DNA of 64,000 nucleotides from Ylistrum balloti (Eukaryota), in contig NW_026781876.1 in NCBI RefSeq assembly GCF_031769215.1, positions 1,054,001 through 1,118,000 of the forward strand. Reading direction: 5' to 3'. This document shows positions 39,501-51,500 of the stretch, in pieces. The notes beneath the pieces are model-generated. The model searched no databases. It was not told the DNA's origin and was given only the letters and a program-made list of their open reading frames with translations. The stretch's first letter is position 1; each line of letters starts with the position of its first letter. A program made the position numbers and the translations under genes.

Positions 39501-42500
39501 ATTAAATTTGTCGGTTCTAGTACCTATATTTAAGCCAAGATATTTTGGTTTTACAAACACGTGCAAGTGCAAACACAAACATGAATGGACCTTATGTATT
39601 TATATCAGAACTCCATGAAAGAAAAAACTTGAAAAAAAATTTTGAGTTTATTGTAAATAATGAAAGAATGAAAAATTGTCTTGTCAAGAGAAACATCTTG
39701 GATTTGAAATTTCTGGTTAAACAAAAGTTTCCTTGATAAGAAAAGCAGAGTTAAAAGTCCAGAATTCTGTTGCTGTTTAATCTAGTCATTACATAATTAA
39801 TCTCTTCTATTAGTAAAACACTGGTTACTTTCAATACTTAAAATTTTCTTAATTACTAAAAATAAGAAGCAAAAAGGTTTTATTTTCCTGAAATCATGCA
39901 GCTGACTTGTATGTGTTCACTTTTTTTTCTCAAGTTTATTCAATCCTCAACAACGGTGAAAAAATGAACACCCAGAAAATAACAATCCAAAAAAGATGAT
40001 TTGCTCACCTGTTGCACAAGCTTGTGGAATGACAGGTAGACAAGGGACAGCTGAATGCGGACCTCAACAATACGATGCAGCTTCTGCATCTGTTTGTGTA
40101 GCGTGTCAACCTTCCCTGCAGCGGTCTGAGCTTCCTGGTCCCCTGACTTGACCAAGTTTACTCCCGCCTCAAACAAGGCTTCCAACTCCGCATTCTTGTC
40201 CTGTAACCACAACAACAGCACATTTTCACTGTTGAGAAATTTTTACTGATCAAAAGAAATTAACCATATTTTACAACTTTTTATTACATATGTCTTGAAA
40301 TTATATCAGTATGTAGACAAATTTTATTTCATTTTCCACCTAAAATGTCTATCTTCACAATATATATCTTTTCTTCGGTACATTGAAAACAAGATAGTAT
40401 ATCTACAAAAGAGGAACTATTTTTCTGACATTTTTTATACGTCATGAATTTGGTCCAATTAAAAATCACCAGAAATTTTCTTTTAAAGGTACCTTGATTT
40501 ATAAGAAATCTTTGTTACTGGGACTTACCCTTAAGTCTTGTTCTAGTTGTTCATGAATTTCTAAGAAGTCCTCCGCTGTTTCAAGGCGAGTTCCCATGTC
40601 CGCATGCTGGCTAAGGGTGGCCTGGCCAATTGATGTCAGCCATGTTTGTAGCTGTTTCAACAAAAGAAATTCAATAAGCGAAACCCTTGTCTTGTCAATA
40701 ATCAGTCAGAGCAACAAAGAAATTGAGGGTAAAAACAACTCTGCTTCAGTTTATCAGACATATGTTCTGAGCCATAGCAGCAGAAACTTGTGTATAAACA
40801 TTCCATCTATTAATATCAGCAAAGTTTTAAGGCAGAGCAAAAACATTTCAATTTGCAAAAAAAATATATATATATCGCCATTAAATTCAGCAATCATGAA
40901 TTCAATTTGTAAAAGTTTTAATTTCCCTACTTGTAAAAATAGTATATTCTCTCAAATAGATTTAATATAGACTAAAAAGTTGATCTCTATCTGTTGTGGA
41001 AATATCGGGTACAAGTTTCACTGTTGTTTCTTAATTCCAGAATTCTTTAAATTAATATTGCCATAGGAAAGAAAGCCTTAAAGATTTGAAGGAAAATTCA
41101 ATTAACAATTTTTTTTTCTTTCACTCAAATAATCCAAAGCAATCTTTAAGGAACAATCAGAAAATGGCTACCAGATGGAAAGATAAACTAACCAGAAGAT
41201 GCAGCAAGGAAGTGGAAAAAACAATTCAAACTAAATGAAGTTGATGAGTTTTATATCAAACTTACGCTGTTGAAGTGTTCCTGGAATTGCAGGTAGGCCT
41301 GGCTTCTCTCCCAAGCCTCTGCCCGTCGCGCCTTGCACAGGGACTCCAAACTAGCACAGCGATCTTGCAACAGAGTCATCTGTCAAAACAAAATGTTATC
41401 TTAGAAAGTTGTACCTCAATAAAAATTCAGTAAATGAAAAAAAATGTATATTCAGCAACAAGCCCAGGGGGCCTAGCTATCACCTCTGACACCCTGGGAG
41501 GCCCGCTTTCACCTCTGACACCCCAGGAGGCCTAGCTATCACCTCTGATACCCCATGAGGCCTAGCTATCACCTCTGACACCCTGGGAGGCCCGCTATCA
41601 CCTCTGACACCCCAGGAGGCCTAGCTATCACCCCTGACACCCCAGGAGGCCTAGCTATCACCCCTGACACCCCAGGAGGCCTAGCTATCATCCCTGACAC
41701 CCCAGGTGACCTAGCTATCACCCCTGACACAAAGAAGTTGGATAGCTGCAATCAAATAACCTTTGCAGGTAATTCAACTGAAGAGGAATCAATATCAACG
41801 GGCTAAATACTAGGTATTGTCTTAATACCAGAACAATACCATTTAATAATTATTATGACATGGAAGAATTTTTATCAACAAGCAAGAAACAGCCACATCA
41901 GAAATCTTTATCACTCCTAAACAGCTAGACAAGGATACTTACCCTGCGTCTGACGCCATCAGCTCCGGGGTCCTCCCTACTGACCCTCTCCAGTAGGATG
42001 CGCCCCTCTCGTAGAGCCTGGGTGGAAGCTTCCACGATGGCGTTAGACAACTGAGCATGCCTGTCTGCAAGCGCTGTACTATTCCTCGGTAAGTCCATGC
42101 TGTTTAATTGGACTTCAACCTGTTCCAATTTTGTTAGAGCCTGTGACAAAAGAGATGATCATTACTAGTAAAAGCCTCATGGTTAAGAATGCATTCTGTG
42201 TTAATGTTATCTTTTTAATGCTATTTCCTTTCCTGAAAACATACAGATCATTTATCACATTTTAACACCTCTATTTAACAGGTTTTACATCCACTATCAC
42301 AGCCAGTCGGCCTTTTAGTAGACAGGACTTTGACACAAAGCAGTAAGGATACAAACTTTGTTATATGAAACCTGTTTTTCGACTGAAGTATTCAATAAGA
42401 CATAAGTGTAATAATCATATAGGGTAGCTTTAAGCAGGTAGTTTTCATTATATTCTGAAGAATATGAGAAAAATATACTTTACACTCTCATGGATGGCTT

Positions 42501-45500
42501 TACTGAATTCTTCCGATTATTTGTTTGGGCCCAGACTTCAATACATCATTTAATCGACATTAATCAAGAAAACATTTCAAGAATTTCATTTACCGTTTCT
42601 GCCTGGTCAAAGAATGACGCAGCCATCATGATGTTTTTACGTCTGGTGTCCAGTTTATTTCTAAAGTCTTCACATTCACGGTCGACGGTCTGGAGGCGTC
42701 GCCTCACGCCCTCAGCGTCCATGTTGGCACGGCGCAAGAGCTGGTCGGCGTCACGCACCAGTCGCACAACCGTCTGTTGTATGTGCTGTAATGAGACACA
42801 GAGACATGATATTCTTGGTGAAATCAGTGCTTTGTTTTTCTATATCCTTTATATAAACCAGCTAATCATATTTATTATTCCGCAAACCCAGGAAACCATC
42901 GGACGTAACTTATCAGTCCAAGACAGGTGGTGAACTTATTTCAGAGCGATGAAAACCGTGTTACATTTTGGTAGGTTTATTATCAGACATGAGGTTATCG
43001 CTGAATAAATATTGTAAATAAAGACCGATTCATTAACAACATAAATCAAATATTGTGTCAGATAATTATTCTAATTTGCATGTCATGTTTTAATTCAGTC
43101 AAAGAGAGAAATGGTTCAGAATTATATACTTGTATTTGATGTTCTTTCGAACTTATCAGAAATATGAAAAGAATTTTGATTTTCCTCAGACGCTGGTAGA
43201 TTAGAAAGTTTTGGTCTTTAGCATCACTGACAGTTCCTAGAAGAATGAAACAGCTGTTTGATGCAATTTCATTCATTGTTTGGCTCTCTTTCTAAATTTG
43301 TATTGAAACATGCTATTGACTGGTGTGTCATTTGTAGCATCTTTATAAAAACATCATGTGACTTACTTTTGCTTGAGTTTCAAATCTGTAATGGTCTTCT
43401 TGCAGAAGCTGGACTTGATGGAAAGAATCGCCCAGTTCACTCTTCTGCAGATACGTGGATCCAACGGTTCTGTACCAGTCCAGTACCTTTGGGTCAAGGT
43501 CAAAGAAAGGTTAAAGTATATACAGGTCAAGGTCATACAGAATTAACAGTCATTAAGGAACTTCTCTTTGGAACAAAAGTTAGGATTTAACTTTTCTACA
43601 GATATATGATATAAAACCATCTCATCTGTACGGGTACCATGAAGATTTATCTGTCTCTATGGTAACAGGATCATATCTTAAATTTTGATGCAACTAAAGT
43701 TAGATGTTCTTCTGACAGCATTATCTCCCCTTTCCGTACCTTATTGACTTCCATGTCCAGTTGACACAGCTGGAAGCACTGTTCCAGTCGGATCCGACGC
43801 TGTTCCCAGATGTCCTCAAGTCTTCGTCTTCGGTCTTGCAGTAGTTCTAGTAGATGTTCTATTCCATAGCACGCGGCGGTGGTAGCGTGTCTATTCTGTA
43901 AGTCCGCATGCATACCCATTTCTCGTATGCGTGTGAGTAGTATATGTCCTTGATTCAGTGTCGATTTTGATGCTTCCAATATTCCTGTATAAGGAAACCA
44001 TTACCATATCACATACATTACTACAAAAAGTCAAATTAAACCAAATAGCAATGATCAATAAGTAATTTCTTCCAAACTGAAGGTTTTACAATATTTAATC
44101 AATTTTACAGAAAAGTTTTTTTCGATATCAAAGTCCTTACCGGTTTTGATTTCTTGGTGTTGTTGTAGCAGGTGGCGGGCGGTTTCAACGTCATGGGTTG
44201 GCACAGAGGTCGAAAATTTACCCTGTGCTTGCTCCATTTTTGACGAAAACTGAAAAACAGAAGAAAAATTGATAAAATATAAGATGAGGATATTTGCATG
44301 GAAAAAATGAGAAAACGGTAATAGTTGTAAAATATTTTTATACCATCTCAAGTAGAAATTCATAGAACCATACCTCGTGTGCACTTTTGTGGAATTCCAC
44401 ACTCTGCTCCAGAATGAGGCTACGAGCCTCGAGTTTTTTGTTGAGCTCTCTCCACGCCTCGCTGAGTGTGTCGGCCATGGCACTGTACACATCAGCCTGG
44501 GACGGGTTCTCAGTCACATATGAGTCAGCACTACACAGTATCTTCTTTACCTCGTCTTCCTTGGCCTTCAAAATCAACACAATAATTAAGAAACGTCTGA
44601 AAATGGTACATAGAGTCAAACCTGTCTATAAAAGTCATTTGGTGAACTTGAAGTCACACAATTCATTGTGACTAAACTATACAAAGACTTGTTTTATTTA
44701 CTCCCTTTAGCAGCCTTCATAAAAGGTTTATAAATAGTGGGGAGATGGATGCATGGTTTCATCAATGGAAGAAAAATGAGAATACATAAAAATTTTTGAT
44801 ATTGTTACAAGTGAGAACAATGTGTAATGTTAAGTATATAAATATATTTGAACAGTAAGTTGCTGGTTTGAGATCAAGTGTACCATTCTAAAGGGAGACC
44901 ACTCTGTTTTTACATATTAACATAAGTATACAATAAAGTAAACTTTAAGTATAAATAGTTTTTATTGTATAGTTGTGAGGAAGAAATGATAAATAATATA
45001 TAATACATCTTGTTTCAAAGAGAAAATATTCACTTTATCTCGATAGAGGTATAAATAAAATATAATCTAAAGGAATTATCTCCCTTTCAAATACACTATA
45101 CAAACAACTGTTATAGCAACTTAGTCTACATATATTCTTTCAGGTAAAATTATTTGAAATACAGTCCACCCTGTCATTTAGATCGCATATATATAAACTA
45201 GAATATGTCTGTTAGACATAAATGCACAAGCCACCAAGGCCATGACCTTCAACCCCAGAAACACAGCAATGTCCGAAGTATCCTTTGATACTTAATCCTT
45301 GATTAAATTCCATGAAATAATGAAGCTGCTAAGTGTTTAAATTCAAATCGGTCGATAATTTTCTATATATAGCAAGGGTAAGTATCCTTTGATACTTAAT
45401 CCTTGATTAAATTCCATGAAATAATGAAGCTGCTAAGTGTTTAAATTCAAATCGGTCGATAATTTTCTATATATAGCAAGGGTGACGTTGGCTTTGACCT

Positions 45501-48500
45501 TTGGCCCTTGAAACAGAAAAATGTCTACTAACAATTAATCTTTTTATAAAATTTGACTAAAATCCATGAAAGAATAAAGTTTTTAAGTATTTAAATTGGG
45601 ATAGAACACAACATGACAGGACATCATATATGGACAACATTTTACGCTCCCCACCCCCACCCCTTCCAATTTCATCGCAAGAGCATAAAAATTCTGTATA
45701 AAGGTCACTTATTTCAGTTCTCAATGTAATATAGATATATTTTGTACTCTGTATAATAATTCACAGATATCTAGTCCCTATATAAATTTCACCTGTTAAT
45801 AAAAGCTGTTTTTTCTGCTAATGTGAGTGGCCTTTATAAACAGGTTTGACAATTTAATTATACAGATGTTGATGTAACACTGACCTTTAGGAACCGTACA
45901 CAGTAGAGTTGATGATGATTGTCTAAACAGTATCACAGAATAAACTATTGGTTAATTATAAATTAATTTTATAACTTAAACAGTAACATAAACTGAAGTA
46001 CAAAATGATTCATAGTACAGATTTCTCGATGGAATTTCATTTTTTTTTTTTTTATTTCTGTGATGTTATTGAGTAGATAAGACCATGCAGAATACATCAC
46101 AAATACAGGGACTACTAGTCTCAATCCTTAACCTTCTCCTGTTTCAGTTGGCTGTCTTTAATCTCACTTCAAACTAGCTCTATCTCTATTCTATTTTTAT
46201 TTCATCTCAGATTTTTGCGACTTTCTGAGATCATTTTTTTTTCAAACAAGCTGACTGGAGGCAGTTCCTTTGACAGAAATCTACAGCATTCCTGACTAAG
46301 GAAGTTTGCATCAGCAGAGTAGAATCAGATAAATATCCCATATCTGTGGACTGCGTCATGCTAAAAATAACCCTCCAGTATGCTATTTCTGATATATATA
46401 GAATCTCTGCCCTGGTGTTGTTGTATTGAATGGTTGCCAGGCAGCCAGGCCTGAAATCCAATCCTCTCTGTCTTATGACCTTATATAGAGAGTGAGGCAT
46501 GCTGGGATTGGCTAAAGAGTTGTAGCAGTTACCATAGTGATGTGATACAACATCCTGTCTGTTATCTCACCACTGACTTATCTGTCAAGTAACTGCTAAG
46601 GAACATTAACTGTTTCTTCTGAGTTTAACACAAAAAACAAGCTATATTGAGGCCTATGTTACTGAAAATTCCTCTCTTTGTTTCAGAAACTCAAGATATC
46701 AGATGGTTAGGCATTTGATTTCTTCTTCTACATATGTACTAATTGATAAGAAATTCTTTTCCATTTTTCACTCAATCCTGATAAAAATTATAATATGATT
46801 ATTATCTTCCAACAAGAAAATCAACTTTGTTGTAAATAGCACAATTTATAATCTATTAAAATTATGGAAGTCTTGTTTAGACAGGGATGAAATCAAAAGA
46901 GTCTTTAGGAAAAAAAAAGTATTTGACAACATAAAGTGTAAGTTTTTATCCTGCTCTAAGAAACAGTCCTATGTAAATGGGTTGATATATCGCTTGGTAT
47001 AATTACTGGAGAGGTGCCTGTACAACTGCGTACTGTATAGAGCCTCGTCATGTGTGGGGGAGTATGGACACCTCAAGTTGGCTCACTCCCATCAAGTGAT
47101 GTCTGCGTTATCAATACATGTGCATTGCGTGTACATTTTTGACACATGTTGTGAGTTTTGCGTAGCCTCTGTTATAACACAGAGTTGGTGTGTATTGCAG
47201 CTCAGAAATCCCCACATGTTGGTGTTACATAAAGAACACACTATGCACGACGTACAAAACTTCAGAGAGAACTAATTAAACACAAAGATTATAGATCATT
47301 ATATTTAATGCCTAATTCTACAAGTCTGTATTCTATCATACAACAATAACATGATACATTTCAACAAATGCCTACCTCAGATTTTTTTTTCTCTACTAAC
47401 AACTACAAAACAAATGTTTCTGTGTGATCTTCGTGTGATAAAAAACAATATTTTTAACTTGTGTTGCTTTCTGTCTTCCTTAACAATACATAAAAAAGAA
47501 TCTGGTATGTTCTGTGCAGTTTTGGTAACTACATATCTCTCTAGTCTGAGCCTTAGGCAGTTTAATTACAGATTTCTACACTGCTCCCTCCTGTCTCACT
47601 ATGGTAAGAGCAACAGCAACAGAGGCAGGTGGCAAGCTTGAGGAGAGGAAGAAATGGGGAGGAGGGGGCATTTAAAGATATCTACCAAGACTCTCATTAA
47701 TGAATTACTTCTACATCAGCAGACGAGTGCATCAGGTTATCAACTAATGTCAATATAAACAACAGCTAATTTTTTCAGAAAAAATTCATTACATAATTAT
47801 TGATACTAACAAGTGTCTCAGTACAAGTCTTTTCTCCACAACTTCCCGTTTCAAATTTTGTATACATAAGTGAATCAAATGAAAAGTATTTTTGTCAAGT
47901 ACATAAAATTCTATTGACAACTTAACAAAAGCTCGGCCAGGAAAGGAATAAGATAAACCTAAATATTATTCTGAAACAGCTCAAAATTAAAAATTCTGTT
48001 ATCAGACCCATGATAGCATAGACGCTAAATATTTGAGAACTCTAGCTAACAAGTATATGTACAGCCCTCTGTGAGCTATTCTAAACTTGAAACAACACCA
48101 GGAGCTTAATCAGTACATATTTATTAGCATCACAAAGATCTAACTTTATCGAAATAAACATCAAGATGCTAAAATATTTGAGAATTATTCAAAGTTTTAA
48201 CATTCGTAATGTACCTTTGTATAGTTTTCAATGTAATCTACATCTATCTGAAATGAATTTGCCGTTAAGCTGTCGGCTGTAAATGTGTTTTTGTCAGCAC
48301 TGATATCCAACTATAATTAAGTATATAGTGGTTACACCCATCACAGCTTTACAATAATAGGTTCTCTACAGATATTTTAATGATTCTTTCACTTGTATGA
48401 AATGAAAACCTTTTTTATACATTGTATCAAGAAAAGATAATTCTATGTAAAAAACAACATCCATCTATGATGTTGCTATTTATATGTAAACATATATATA

Positions 48501-51500
48501 TAACAAGTAAATATTTCAAGGTTTTGAATGACTTTATGATACATTGAAAGGAAATTCAACAAAACATTGTTAATTTATCTATGGATATTGGTAAAATATC
48601 AAAATCAAGGATAATATATCTTCTTTTTTCTGGTATATGTAATATTCAACCTTGCCATGAATAAAGGGCAGACAACTCAATGCATTTCAGTAAAAATACA
48701 GGAAAAATTAGCAAGGAGATGTTGTTAATTGTTAAATACAACAATTTTATGTAACACAATTATATCAGAGCTGTATGTAGATAAAACACAAGCTTAAGAT
48801 GGATACAATATTGACAGTAGAGAAAGGCGTTGAGTTATACAAGTCTATACTGCTACCTGTGTATGGTATTAATCACGAGCCTTTGGTAAGATGACTAGCC
48901 CATGATCTTTATTATTATATATAACAATATCCCTTATGTACACCAGGAGGAATTCAGTGGCTGGGGAAAAGATGGCAGACTGAAGGGAAGATATCCCCAT
49001 CTGCTTGTAATTCTTCTGTAAGTATACAGCCAGTTAGCCACATACTTAGTGCTACCATCATTCCAATGTATACAAAGGACAGATAACTCTCAAACCTCCA
49101 CTGATATCTAACTTAACCTTGTTCATCAGCACCTGATTGTGAAATCCTCTCATGTAATTGGTTTTAGTGGGATTTACTTTGATAGCCAGCAAAGTGATGT
49201 TTTAGAGATATATGTATAGATAGGAACATCTATATGTTGATGTCTATGTTAACTGATATCTACAGATAGGAACATCTATATGTTGATATCTGTGTTTACT
49301 GATATCTACAGATAGGAATGTTGATATCTGTGTTTACTGATATCTACAGATAGGAACATCTATATGTTGATATCTGTGTTTACTGATATCTACAGATAGG
49401 AACATCTATATGTTGATATCTGTGTTTACTGATATCAACAGATAGGAATGTTGATATCTGTGTTTACTGATATCTACAGATAGGGACATCTATATGTTGA
49501 TATCTGTGTTTACTGATATCTACAGATAGGAACATCTATATGTTGATATCTGTGTTTACTGATATCTACAGATAGGAACAACTATATGTTGATATCTGTG
49601 TTTACTGATATCTACAGAGGATAAACAAACTTTTAAAATGATTTTCATATATAAACAAACTTTGACTAAAAGAACAATTGACATTCTTTTCACTGTAATT
49701 CTGTAAAATACATTTCCAGAAAATGTTATGGAGCTGTATATATTTCTAGAAAGTATCCTCACACTATCAAGCCACAGTAAAGATGAAATTTTTCTTAAGT
49801 CGCAAAAATGATCTTGTACATTGTAGACTTACCTGTGAGGACTAACTAGGAAGGCCTGGGTAGATATCAACAATATAGACCCACTAATCACAATCAAAGA
49901 TCAGGAATAAATGTGATAATTTCCATGAGAATCCTCTGAATGCTTTTCCATATTCAAAATTTTTCCTAGGGAAATTTACCACTTAAACACAATATATTCA
50001 CCTTTCAAAAGGACTCACTGATAGAAATTCCCATACTACCGGACAAGTTCTCCAACCTGACACCTTCGCTGGCCAAATTTGCTCTAATCAAGTCAAAACT
50101 TTTCCCAACCTGACCCAAGTTGGACCCCTACCCCTATTTTCATCCCCCACCCATGGGCTTGTAGATATCATGCATGTGTACTGAATATTTACAGATCCTA
50201 AACAAGATAAGGATGACACTCTCTGGAGGTTCCAGCCAAAACTTTGATGGAAGAGCTTTCTGTTATCTGACCTATCTAAACCCTATGGGATTTATCAGTG
50301 TCTAAAACCCATGGTGTATACTGTGTTCGTTTTAATTGTGATTGCTGTTCTGAGTAGAAACTACTTAACTGCTAAAGTTTAAAGAAATGTACCTAGCTAA
50401 TTCACCAGGATGATTGAAATGATAGGGAAATTTATGTTTGTCTAAACAAATTTTACAGTAATGAAGCGTTATAATCTACATAATTCCTCTAATAAATTTA
50501 TGTACTGTTAGAAAAGGTTTTTGAAGTAAAATTTAAAAAACATTCAAATACCAAACAGCAGGATATGTAATATTAGCAGAATCAATAAATCACATTACTT
50601 TGTATTTGGGCTTTGTTTGGTTTTTTTTTTTTTTTTCAATTTTTTATTTTTCTGTTGTAGATGACTATACTTGAGTATTTCATACACTAAAACAGTACAT
50701 ATTTGTTTACACTCTGACAGAGATAAGACCACGTCTGTGCCTATACTATCAGCAGGCCCGGTCTGAGAGAGAACAGCCCAGTGGCATATCTTTGATGCAG
50801 ATAGTGATCTGATAACAGATAAAAACATATGTTATCCAACAATGTCATTTTGGATTCTTTTTAAAATTTTTATTAGATTTATAAAAATTCAAAAATAAGA
50901 ATGACAAATTTTACATTTTTTTTTTAAATAATTGTTTCATGTTCTTCATATTAACATTAAAACACTGTTACTAGCATCAGGTTAAAAAAGTTATCCTGTC
51001 TTGTGTTTTGTATTTATCAAATTTCCCGGGAAATGATTTGTCCATGTTTATTCTGACTGACAATATCTTATCATTGTGTCAATCAAGATTAATGACAAGT
51101 CAAAAGTAAAAGTAATGTTTGAAATATGCTATCACTAAGTAAATCTTTTTTAAATCCGCATTTTCGGTTTAACATGCTCCCTCTAAAATCTCTCCTTACA
51201 TTCTTTTAAAGACTTTGAGTTTGGTCTAATCATGACCCAGCCTCATCTTCAGTTTTGAGTTTGACCTAACCCTGTCGATCTGTCCTTAACCCAGCCTCAC
51301 TTTGAGTTTGGAGTTTCATCTAACCTCACCCCAAGCCTCACCATGAGTTTGGAGATTGATCTAGCCCTAACTCAGCCTCATCTTGAGTTTGGAGTTTAAT
51401 CACAGCCTCACAATGAATTTGGAGTTATGAATCTAACCGTAGCTAGCCTCACCTTGAGTTTGGCCAACATCTCGTTGTGTTCTCTCTGATACTGGAGTGC

